Notes under the pieces: model-generated
The model's input: the letters and a program-made list of their open reading frames with translations, nothing else
The model's database searches: none
What the model was told of the DNA's origin: nothing
Part shown: in pieces, positions 1 through 11,631 of the stretch
How the letters are laid out: each line of letters opens with the position of its first letter
How positions within the stretch are numbered: position 1 is the stretch's first letter
DNA from: Octopus sinensis
Lineage: Eukaryota
Reading direction: 5' to 3'
Length of the DNA stretch: 64,000 bases
Assembly: GCF_006345805.1 (NCBI RefSeq)
Contig: NC_042998.1
Coordinates: 77,624,001-77,688,000 of the forward strand
Position numbers and translations under genes: made by a program

Positions 1-135
1 TTGAAGGTAAATTCAGAACCTTGAAGTAGGAGGGGGCATGTCCCACAGTCTGGGCGTGCACATTTTTTTTACTGCTGGGGGTGGATGTGGTGTGTGAATT
101 TTGGCATTTGTCAAGAGTTTTTTTAAAGATTTGTG
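1..135 (-). mobile_element. Penelope-like element fragment (Cys-rich linker just upstream of GIY-YIG), runs off the left edge
   Basis: Minus strand reads KSLKKLLTNAKIHTPHPPPAVKK/CARPDCGTCPLLLQGSEFTF, with one frameshift in an A run. It aligns by eye with KSLKRFLTKAKLSSKITDAKVKKCGRSNCATCPNLLEGSEFFF of the PLE at 37.9-38.05 kb. Confidence 0.7.
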
Positions 136-223
136 TTATATATATTTATATATTTTTTCATTTTCTCATTTCATTAAAATTTTCTTTCAATCGAGCATTC
201 TGCATTTTTACAATTTTTCCTTG

Positions 224-257
<34 letters not shown>

Positions 258-262
<5 letters not shown>

Positions 263-590
263 CTAGTTCGACGAGTCGTGTTCTGTCCTTACCTTCGAAA
301 CACGCATGGAGCCGAACTAGGGACAGCTGATGAAGGGGAATTTTCCTTGTGTTGTTTGTCTTCTACTCTGTTTTCTCGTTGTTAAAAAAGGTCCGTCTCC
401 ATGTTTGTTTTTACGTTTTCGTTTCTCGTTGAGTTCTACGTCTATTTGTGGTGTCCTGTACTACGTATATATATTTATATATATATGCATGTATATATAC
501 ATGTAGGTACGTACATATATGTATGTATGTATGCATATATTTTATTTATGAAATTATTGCATGACTGAGCTCCCTCGCGTCGTTTCAATT
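258..590 (+). repeat. Family A repeat, PLE terminal-repeat (pLTR)-like
   Basis: 260-460 is near-identical to 12984-13190, and 435-585 matches 12383-12535. It carries a hammerhead-like motif and an internal TA tract. Confidence 0.7.
277..338 (+). ncRNA. Candidate non-circularly permuted hammerhead ribozyme, copy 1
   Basis: CGTGT-T-CTGTCC (277-288), CCTTC-GAA-ACACG (292-304), GGACAG-CTGATGA-AGGGG (321-338). Stem III CGTGT/ACACG and stem I CTGTCC/GGACAG are perfect and correctly registered to the core. Confidence 0.55.
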
Positions 591-684
591 CTCATTTTGT
601 TCACGTTTTTTGACGTCCTGTACACATATATGCATGTATATATATACATATATATGTAGGCATGTACATATAAGTGTGTATATA

Positions 685-731
<47 letters not shown>

Positions 732-1033
732 GTGCCGCATATCGAATTATTTCAACGTTGTTTATCTCTGTTGTGTTTTTTTTTGTCTTTACCAGCGTCC
801 CTTGATTAAATGTTTTCAGCTCAAAAAGACAACTGACAGTCTTGTTATGAGTTTGATGAATAGCGGAATAAATTATTATTTCCACCAGCAAGCCTTTGTG
901 TTTTTGTTTTTATTATAAGAGTATTTATATATATATACATATATGTATGTATGTACCCAGGAGTAAACACATAAATGTGAAACAAGGTGGAAAAAAAAGT
1001 ACTCAAATACCAGTGGTAGAGTAATATGCTTTA

Positions 1034-1124
1034 TTTAAAGCAGCAGAAATTCAGCAAAACCTGTTGCTTTGAGTAACGGGAAACTCAGAGTAACAGGTTT
1101 TGTTGAATTTTCTGCTGCTTTAAA
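1034..1124. repeat. Fold-back hairpin (~41-bp arms) from a PLE-type repeat
   Basis: 1034-1074 is the imperfect reverse complement of 1083-1124. It is the same family as 24378-24450 and retains the 3' half of its HHR (GAAA-CTCAGAG-TA-ACAG). Confidence 0.75.
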
Positions 1125-1167
1125 CAAAGTATACATGTATGTATATATATATATGTATATATAATAA

Positions 1168-1261
<94 letters not shown>

Positions 1262-4235
1262 AACATGCGTAGTTTGATTATGCAGAGAAAATTTTGTTAG
1301 TCAAATATTAGGTGAGTAATACAAAGTGTTAATTATGTCAGTTGATGTGTCATGTTCAATTAATTTTAATTAGCAATTCAACTGATAATACTAATTTAGG
1401 TTTTGCAAGTTTTCGAAATATGAATATTTGAGAAATTGTTTTAAGCATTGCGGGAAAAGACATACTATTTACAAAGACATAAGTTTCTATTTATGAATAT
1501 ATTATTCTTCCTTTTCTGTGTACGTCCGAAGAAAACAAGAATATCATTGTAATGTCAAAATAAATATTAGCTGGAAAGCAAACGTCATGAGAAGAAAAGA
1601 AGAAGTATGTGCCAAATTCAACGTCGAAACCTTTTAGCTACTGGGAGTAATGCAAGAATGTGCAGGTGAATATACGCATATATCACCTGTGTGTATCAAA
1701 GTGTATTAATATGTAGGAGTAAAAAGATGAAGGGAACTTATATATTCAAAAATATATATGTGAATATTAGGTTTATCTTGACAGGTATTGTTTATAGCGT
1801 TCATATACGTGATGAGGGCAGGTTGAGCACTAACTTTTACTCGAAATTCAAACCAACTTTTGTAGGATGTGATGAATATGACTGATTTCAGCTGTACAAA
1901 AAACATATTTATTGCTTCCGCTTGTGTAAATCTCGATATTTCCCTGAGCTTAAATCTGGTATTTTAATTAGAAGCGTTTCTTAACTTTAACCACAAAAAT
2001 TCAAAAACTTGTACTTTTCGATGCCAGTAAAAGGGAATTGGTTTCAATCATTCTGACCTATCTTCATTTCAATCATTTCTTTGGAGCATTTTGAACAACC
2101 TCGATTTGTTTTGTTGGAAAGTTCTTCATTTGCATGCTTTGATGTACTCAATTACGAGTATTTTGTGTCTTCATAAGAAAAAGAAAATTTAACTGAACTC
2201 ATGGAAAAATAGAATATCTTTAAGGTTTAGACATATGTTTCGTTTCTCAATAATATATGTCCCTGCATATATGCTTGCGGGTTTTTAATAAGACAATGTC
2301 TGTATATACAACATATATATATATAGACATATATAATGTATACACACACACACACACACACACACACATTCATAAACCGACAAGGGAGATAACCGTTCCA
2401 TAAGCAAAGCTAGATTACTGGACTAAATTAATTTCATCTGTAAAATTGCATGTTAGTTGTGACTATTCCATCGCCGTATAGTTTGGCAAAATCCCGACTG
2501 TCAGTATATATATTTATCATATACATTTATGGCTGAGTTAGCGACATGCTGGTGTAAAAATTATAAAATAACGAAGGCAGCTATACGCAATATAATACCA
2601 AAAATGAAAAATTCAATTTCACTAATAGTGAGGGTGCTGGGTTGCACCTATATTGCTAGACATAAGAGTTAAAACACTTAGAGCTGCAAGGAAGCACATT
2701 TTCATATACCGACGTGGGGGGAGATAACCGCCCTATAAGCGATGCTAGATCACTAGATTAGACAAGTTCCGCCTGTAAAATTAAAGGCTACCCGTACCTT
2801 TAAGTATTTTAAGGATATTACACAACCTCTATAATAGCTCCTAAACTAGGACCAATCTAATTTACTCCCTGTATTATTGCCCCAGTAATCGATCGATCTG
2901 CGGATTTGTTTCCGAGTCCTAGTCTCATTTCCCTTTACCTTTATTTTCTAACCGCTCTTACATGGTATGCTGTATTGAAAGAACGAACCATTCTATCTGT
3001 GGTGTACCCAGTATTATGCAATAGCATAGATATCTAACCAAGAAATAGCAGTCTGCACACCCTAGCCAGTCCTTTTCAAATTCTACTAGGTAAGTAATCC
3101 TTGCACCAAGATACAGTTATTTGTGCTGCGCTTGTTAAACAATAGACAGAACACTATCCAATTCTCTTACCCGCGGCTATTATCTGGAGTTGCTTCACCT
3201 GATTCACACAATGGTGATTATATCATCTAATCAAATCATATCAACGCCACCAGTAACATTCCATATTGTAAATCATTAGACTACTCCCTACTGCTGGCTT
3301 TCTTTGGTATCCGATCTAATATTTTCTCTAATTATATTATTATATAAATGCGTCCTTCTTTAAACTTCTTAATGATAAGTAGTACTCTACTATTACTACA
3401 AGCTTTTCCCTCCGCAGGCAAACATATCCTAATATTACAAGTAGTCCCCACTTACCAAATAGACATTTTCGTATCTAAAACAGCATCCTCGATCTTTCTT
3501 CTTCACACTTAACATTACAATTCCATAAAAGTTAGGTCTTATTATTCGATTGCCTTTGTACCCTCATCCTACTTTCAATCAATATACCTCTATATTCTGT
3601 GCAGCTCTGTCGTCCTCCTTTTGTTCTTTAGCCTGAGCCAGCGAATCTTAAACCCCTACCCTATGCCTAATTGGCTTGTAATGCTTTTATTTTTCTTCGG
3701 TCCTACTTTTGTTTTCTTTATTCTTTCTTTCTTCATCCTTAATTTATATTAGGTCCACTCCTTACTACCCACTGCTCAAAGTCTAAAATAATAAAATATC
3801 CCCTTCGCCCCACTCCAACATACTTAAGAACTAGTCTAACTGACTCCTATCTCAGCCGGGTCGCTGACCTTAGATATCGTATTACTCTCTTTCAAGAGCT
3901 ATCTTCATAACCTCCACCGCCAACTTTGTTGGTCATTCTCCAATTTCATAGTTGGCATCCACAGACTTCTGCTACATCCCTGCTGAATTCTTGGGATATT
4001 TTTTGCTTCTAAATTTACGTTTCAATTGATGATTACAGTTTTTTGTTATGGAGTAATGTTCTCATTCTTCAATCAAGAAGATACGTAAGAAACAGCCCTA
4101 AAAAGCCGAGAATTATCCATCGTACGTTATTATTCATTTGATTATAATACACTAAGATGATTTACGACTTCTCAGACACACTAGAGTATAACAACAACGT
4201 ACTATTCAAAATAACACGTGATTTGGACAAGTTCC

Positions 4236-5188
4236 GGATCTTTTCATTTTCAAGGCCTGATTGTCAGATTTTTCTAGTTAACTAAATAATTTGAAACTTC
4301 GTATACTGGTAGAGTGTCTCAAAAGAAAAGACTAGTTTCAACTTGTTTATTTGAGAAAAATGTATTTTATAACTTTAAACGTAGATTAAATCTGCGAATT
4401 TTAACCAATCGTATTGTTTGTTTTCATTTGAAATAATTAACTGCATTATCTTAGTGTGACGTAGAAAGCTATTTTGTGACGTAGACAGCTGTGCGTAGGT
4501 CTGTGTTTTGTGTTTTAACTCGAAATAATGTAAACCCTGAATTTGCCATACATACATACACACACATACATACACATACATACATACATACACACACACA
4601 TACATAGATACATACACACACACCCACATACATGCATGCATACATATGCACATACACCGAGTAAAAAATTTCAGTTATCACAGAAAGGTCTACTACAAAC
4701 GAAAGATTGCCAAAGATAAAAAGTTACAGAAATAAAAGTTACACGAATAAAGTAAGGAATAAAAATCACAAAAAATATACGAAAATTTACAAAAACTAAG
4801 TTAGTCATAATATATAATATATATAATATATAATATATAATATATAAGTTTAATATATAAGTTAGTTTATAATATATTAAAAAAATGTGAATAAAAACGA
4901 AAGGAATACGGTAACCGGGTGTTTACATTTCACGTATGTTAACTACGTCAGCAAAATAGCCGTTTACGTCTATTGAGACGGAGTAAATAATATGAAGCCG
5001 AAAGACCGAATACCATTGGTTAAAATTCTAATTATTAAACAACGTTAAACTTAGAAATTAGAATTCCGTTTTCATTCTGGTTTACAATTATGTTTTCTTT
5101 TGACACATTCTACCAGTATACGAAGTTTCAAATTGTTTGGTTAAGTAGGAAAAATCTGACAAATCAGGCCTTGAAAATGAAAAGATCC
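4236..5188. mobile_element. Non-autonomous DNA transposon (MITE), ~95-bp TIRs, 8-bp TSD
   Basis: Both ends begin GGATCTTTTCATTTTCAAGGCCTGA. An exact TSD CAAGTTCC lies at 4228-4235 and 5189-5196. GG termini with an 8-bp TSD suggest Merlin, but the superfamily is inferred. Confidence 0.85.
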
Positions 5189-5350
5189 CAAGTTCCTAGG
5201 CGCTACATACTAATAGGGTTCATTTTCTCTCTATACATAACCGGAATATCCCATTTGATACATACCAACCATAGACCGAAACTACAGGTTTATCCAACTC
5301 AACCTGATGCATATCTTTTCAAGTACTTGATTCTATCTGAATGCTTATTT

Positions 5351-5391
<41 letters not shown>

Positions 5392-5392
<1 letters not shown>

Positions 5393-6200
5393 ATATTATT
5401 CATGTAGAAATATAATTAAGGGCTCCTAAATAAGGATGCCAAGTGCTAGGGACACAAAAAAGGGATAAATTTATCGAGAGTGAAAATCTGTTTTGCTAGA
5501 AAGAGGTAGAAACTGATATCAGTCCGGGATGTATCGTTAATGATAAATGTTTTTAATTTTCACTCTCGATAAATTTATCTCTTTTTTGTGTCCGTAGCAC
5601 TTGGCATCCTTATTTAGCAGCCCTTAATTATATTTCTACATGAATAATATTTTTCTATATGAATAATATTTTGTCTAATGACTAATTCGTCCTTTGTGCT
5701 GGGACACTGGTAATAGTCTATATTATTATCCTTTTTGATTATATTCACATATTACTTGATAGATTTATTCGTAAAATTTTTTTCCCGGCATGCCCTATAT
5801 CGCCGGGTAGATTTTGCGTCTGCGCAGATATTTGAAAAGTTAAGATAAGCAAGTTGTTTAGATCAACACATTGGTCTAACACGCTGCGCATCTCGATTTA
5901 ACTCAGGATTCTCGCTGATGAAACTGGCCTTAGCAAACATACTCTGTCTGTTTTGCTAGAAAGAGGTAGAAACTGATATCAGTCCGGGATGTATCGTTAA
6001 TGGTAAATATTTTTGATTTTCACTCTCGATAAATTTATCCCTTTTTTGTGTCCGTAGCACTTGGCATCCTTATTTAGGAGCCCTTAATTATATTTCTACA
6101 TGAATAATATTTTTCTATATGAATAATATTTTGTCTAATGACTAATTCGTCCTTTGTGCTGGGACACTGGTAATAATCTATATTATTAGCCTTTTTGATT
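5392..6200 (+). mobile_element. Non-coding PLE/retrozyme-like mini element: inverted partial repeat plus two ~255-bp direct repeats 460 bp apart
   Basis: 5488-5745 repeats at 5948-6200 (offset exactly 460). 5392-5487 is the reverse complement of ~5557-5650. Confidence 0.75.
5910..5989 (+). ncRNA. Type I hammerhead ribozyme
   Basis: Stem I TCTCG/CGGGA and CTGATGA at 5915-5921. A long stem II contains the TAGCAAAC/GTTTTGCTA helix. GAAA lies at 5969-5972, then palindromic stem III CTGATATCAG and a GUC cleavage triplet ending at 5984. Confidence 0.8.
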
Positions 6201-7789
6201 ATATATATATATATATATACATATATATGAGAAGTATATACATATATATAAATAATTATACACACACACACACATACATATATATGTATGTGTGTATGTA
6301 TGTGTATTCAAATGAATATGCTACTTAAGTTAGATGTACCAGAATTTTGTATGGTGTTATCCATATAAATCCATGGGGTGATTATAATCAAAATAAGCTA
6401 CAAGAATAACTTCGGTAATTTGGTAAGATCGTTTCACGCTACATCATTCTCTTAAATGTTGTAAATATTACAACATTTTAAAATGTTGAGCAATCATCAG
6501 CCATTAATAGAGGTTTTCCATTAATACATAATTTTCATATCAATTGATAACATTATAGAGAAGGTAGATATATAGACAAAGATGTCGATTTAAATTTGAA
6601 GAACATTAAAACCTTCTCCAAAGTGATATTTTCAACTCTGAAGTACATCAGCCGAATTTGTCTGTATATTACTGACTGAAGAATATTCAGAATATTCAGT
6701 TGTTTTGAAGAATGATCAACTGAAAGGAGACAAGAAAGATTTTCTATTTATAGAAATAGGGACGAAATAGATGTCAAAGTTCTATATAAAGAAATTTAGG
6801 TAGAGAGAGGGTTGTAGTGCTACAGAGGCTGTTTACTACTATTTGGCAAACAGATTTTGTTTTTGGAAAACTAGGTCAATGTCAAATGGTCATAGTGACC
6901 ACATATATAGTATCCAGAGATTCTTTTATACTTATATACATCAGTTTTATACTTAGCTGGTAGATTTTAATATTTTGATACGTTGGATTAAGGGAGAAAT
7001 AATAAATTTAATATTTATTCATTTTGGAGAAAAATCTATTACTTATTATGAGTAGGCATAATATTCCTTAACTGAGGACAAAGGTCTTATTAAACAAGTG
7101 AATATATTAGGGGTCAAATATATATAATAGGAAAACTGGAAGAGTAGTAATCAGGAAAAAAGGTTTACATGGTTCAGTAGAAGGTGATTAATTTTTATGA
7201 AGAGTAGTAATTAAGAAGAGTAAATTACTCAGATTTTCACTATCTACGAAATCTGAGTAATTTACTCAGTCATCGCTGCATTTATATTCTTTTTGTGTTA
7301 TCTAACACCACTCAATCACATGATGACTGATACTTTCGTAATCACAGATACTACATTTGCCCTCTTACTGACTTTGTTGACCTTTGCCTTTAACAAATTT
7401 GTCCTGAAGACATGTTCTTGAGCATCTATATTTAGTCTCTCCGCTAGCGATAGTGAACGTTCTTTCTAATATTCTCGGTTTGTGGTATCAATTAGCCATG
7501 AAATTTGCCTCTCCTTATCTGCTTGCTCTGTTCTTCCTTTTCTTCTTCAATGTACCTACTCGTTCAGTTACTTTTTGGGCCACAAGCTACTGATAGTATT
7601 CTTTCTTCAACTCGCATAACATTTTTTCAATCCAAATATCGTAGTACTAACGGTGTTTCCTAGATAGAAGAACTAGAAAGCTGCTCATAAATCATAACTC
7701 ACGCCACCTTAAAGTAATAAAGTAATACCAGCAGAATATACATTTAGAATGGCGTTATTGGAGATACCACTAAGCATTACGTACAGCGT

Positions 7790-8525
7790 AATGCTTAGTG
7801 GCATTTCAGCCGTTACTACGTTCTGAGTTCAAATTCCGCCGAGGTTGAGTTTGCATTTCATCCTTTTAGGATGCTCTCTGCGATGCTGCCCCACTACTTC
7901 TGCTCCTGATCAGCAATGCATATATCGTAAGCCGGGATTGGGCATACTCAAATGATTCAGGTCAAACAAAAGACAAGCTAATCGGTGGTATTGAGCAGAG
8001 CATGTACATAATAGCACTTCCAATCAGTTAAGATCAGAAGCCATGAGAGCCAGTGTCTGGTACTGCATCACGACACTTGTTAATATTCGGTGAACTGGCA
8101 GAATCGTTAGTAGATCGCGCAGAGTGCATAGCAGCATTTCGTCTGTCTTTGCCTTCTGAGTTCAAATTCCGCCGAGGTTGACTTTGCCCTTCATCCTTTC
8201 GATTTATAAATTAAGTACCATTTTAGTATTGGGGTCGGTGTAATCGATTATACCTCTCCTCCAAATTTCAGGCCTTCTGCTTCTAGCAGAAATGCTAATG
8301 ATTATTATTATTAAGGCAGCGATTGGCAGAATATTTAGCACGATGAGCGAAATGCCTGGCGACATTTCGTCTGTCTGCATGTTCTGAGTTCAAATTCCGC
8401 CGATGTCGACTTTGCCTTTCATTCTTTCGGGGTCGATTTAAATACCAGTGAAACACAGGGGTCGATGTAATCGACTAGACCCCTCGCTCGAAAATTTGAG
8501 GCCTTGTGCCTGCAGAAGAAAGGAT
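7790..8525 (+). mobile_element. Cluster of three tRNA-type SINE copies (family S1), interrupted by a fragment (7871-8075) of the ~600-bp repeat
   Basis: Recurrent core GTTCTGAGTTCAAATTCCGCCGAGGTCGACTTTGCCTTTCATCCTTTCGGGGTCGAT at ~7820, ~8155 and ~8385. Confidence 0.8.
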
Positions 8526-10219
8526 TATTAACAATAATCCTTTAAAGCATGTACAATATAGCACTTCCAATTACTACTACTAATGTTTATTTGCTACTGA
8601 ATATCCAGTGCACATATATCTGCACCTACTTACTCCTGGTGCTCCTGCAATATTGCTTTTCGTGAATAGGAAGTTGTTTCATTTACATAGCATTTATGCT
8701 CAGAGTTCATTTATTGTAATTTCTGTGTTGTTCTGCTGCCGTTTGTGATTAGTTTTATAGCACGAAGTCCTGAGTTCGTTAAGCATGCACTGGGTGAGTT
8801 GTGTAACTGAACTAAAATCAAAATTATTTCCTCCGGAAAATTAGTTCCGCTGCTGAATGCGAGCAATACTTAAAACTAAAACTGGACTTAGTTTACGACG
8901 GAAATAATTTTGATTTACACCAAGTGCTTTACTACAATAAATTGTTATTGGAAATGTTTTGGAAATTCGTAAATGGTTATACATAACATTCGAAAATTAT
9001 ATTATTTCCTTGTGAAGGAAATAGAAGAGAAAAAACACTATATAAGAGGAGGTGCAGGAAGATGATCTGAAACTGAAATTAACTATATGGATGTAATATC
9101 ATCACAACGATCGATAATTGGTCAATACCAGTTCTGTAACTTTTGATATGTCGTCAGAAAGTGAACTTAGAAAAATAGATAAAAGTTGTTACTGTCGTAC
9201 GAATATTACAACTATCACAGAAAAAGGAACGTGCAAGACTAGTCCATGTACGAATTACCGTAAACTTGGTAATTATAGAAGTAGAGAATTGTATTTTGAA
9301 AAAAATGAAGTGAAATTTGCGAGAGTAAGTAGAAGGAGCAATGTTGAATGCATAGAAATAGAACATGACATGAAGAAAATGTGCAAATAATTAGGGTGCA
9401 TAACTTTTTTGCTATAACGGATGTTACAGAAGTAGATCAAACGAAGGAGATGAAATTAAAAGGAATTAGAAAAGAACTTTGATAATGACGGTACAATAGC
9501 AACAGAGAAGAGCAATAATTTCTGGTGATATTCATGTGCACAAAATAGATTTTTCTCTTAAACGAAGAATCTGCGAATGTTGAGAGATGTGCCATGACGT
9601 CCATAGAAACCATTTGCGTCGGTCTGTAAAATCGAAGTTTCGAGTATAAAATCATAAAATGTAGCAGAAGCTAACGACAGTAATATGCAGGCAAATTCGG
9701 CTGATGTACTTCAGAGTTGAAAATATCACTTTGGAGAAGGTTTTAATACAAAATTCCCTCATGCGATATCAGTTATTCCGGATGGTTCATCCGATATGAA
9801 AGTTATGCAGAAATAAAAGAAGGATAACAATAAAAAAGAATGAAGTGACAAGAAGAGTTAAGGAACTTACAAGACACGATTTTGAAAGAGTGGAGATTCA
9901 GATTGGGAACCTGAATTGAAGAGGATTATCTGGATGACAAGAAAAGTCCAGGCAAAGAAACTTGGAAAAAAACAAAAATGTTTGACCGTTTGAAGATGAA
10001 AATGGTACATTTGTTGTTCAGTGATTTTTATAGAACTAAACTATTAGAGTGGAATTAATGACGACACAACAAATCAGCCAAATCAGTGGTGCTTACATTG
10101 GTGGAATATATTCAAATGAAATAAACTTGGCGGTTAATATAAATCTATAGATAATTACTATTGTCTAAACTTTTGCGGATGTGTCGATAATTTGACTAAT
10201 ATATTCTCCATTTTGCTTC

Positions 10220-10221
<2 letters not shown>

Positions 10222-10294
<73 letters not shown>

Positions 10295-10310
10295 AAACAC
10301 ACACACACAC
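10222..10310. repeat. (CA)n microsatellite, representative of dozens of TA, CA, CATA, TATC, TTA, AGT and ATC tracts in the window
   Basis: Directly visible. Other large tracts include 12090-12166 (TATC), 14527-14620 (TTA), 21481-21597 (AGT/GTT), 33880-33990 (CATA), 39850-40187 and 57590-57945 (TA-based). Confidence 0.95.
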
Positions 10311-10999
10311 ATTGGGTTAAAATTTTAACACAAGGCCCATAAGTTCCGGGTAAGTCGATTACATCGACCAAAGTGCTCAGTTGGTACCATATGTATATAT
10401 CAATATATAAAACTTGTTTTAGTGGACAGCTTCCTATTAGGTTATGGACACAAACCCGCTGCTGTTTTAACAGTTTTGCTATGGCGATATAACCCGTGGG
10501 AGCAGTATATAAAGCAGATCATTTCGAAAGATTACTATCTTAGCTTGGAACTAAATCAAAGAGATTATCTCCCCTTTACTTCAAACCATGAAAGTGAAGA
10601 TTTTTGAGTTTCTTGGATTTCTTTAGTAATTTTACTTTTAAATATATTTATAAATGAATGTGATTATTTTACGTTTGTGTGTGATAGTAATTTACGTTCA
10701 TATTTGCATCCTAAATTCAATTTATGGTATGTAACTCCAATATTATTTCTCATGTATACATATAATGAAGCAATAGATATGCTAATTGCGAGTGCATAAG
10801 ATTTTATTGATTTATTCTAATACTTTATTTTTTTTGTGATTGCACTTGAGAATTTTATATTTTGTATTAAATCATTATAGTTCTATACTGCCATTTATAC
10901 TAAACAATTTCTGTTGTTTTGTCGTTGAACATTTGCAAATTTGTATATGCATCTGATTATGTATCTTCATGGAAATAATAGTGTGTGTACTATTATTGA

Positions 11000-11044
<45 letters not shown>

Positions 11045-11219
11045 AGTATGCGTGTGAGTAAATATAAGTATGTCAATTTCTTAACAAATGTAGTTAATTT
11101 ATTTCGTGAGTCTCTTCAAATATTTAAATCCATGGAGTTGTGCCCCTTCCTTCATATCAATGTGAATACTGCCATAAGTATACATATTATCATATATATA
11201 TATTATATATATATATATA

Positions 11220-11378
11220 GGCGCATGCTTGTCTGTATGGTAAAAAGCTTGCTACCCAACCAAATGGTTCCGGGTTCAGTCCAACTTCTCGCCATCTTGA
11301 GCAAGTGTCTTCTAGTATGGCATCGACCAAAGCTTTGTATGTGGACTTTCTAGGCGGAAACTGAAAGAAGCTCGTCCT
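11220..11378 (+). mobile_element. SINE-like family S2 copy
   Basis: GGTTCCGGGTTCAGTCC...TTGAGCAAGTGTCTTCT...GGAAACTGAAAGAAGC(T/C)CGTC followed by (TA)n. Relatives occur at ~34860-35030 (+), ~56620-56780 (-) and ~63120-63285 (-). Confidence 0.65.
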
Positions 11379-11399
11379 ATATATATATATATATATATA

Positions 11400-11583
11400 T
11401 AGGGAGAGTTTACGAAAAAAACAATAGATGAAGGCAGGTGGTGTACAAAACAAAACAAACAGATGTATTAGTATAACGCTTAGGAATAGAAAAAGTCTTT
11501 TACGTTTCGAGCCTACGCTCTTCTACAGAAAGAGACACAGAAAAAGCAAGGAGAGAAAAAATGTGTGTACTGGCTAACGATCT

Positions 11584-11631
<48 letters not shown>

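Noticed and set aside
2790-4020. Pyrimidine-skewed tract that may be a minus-strand LINE relic
   Set aside because: I could not read any diagnostic APE or RT motif. It needs a TBLASTX/Dfam search.
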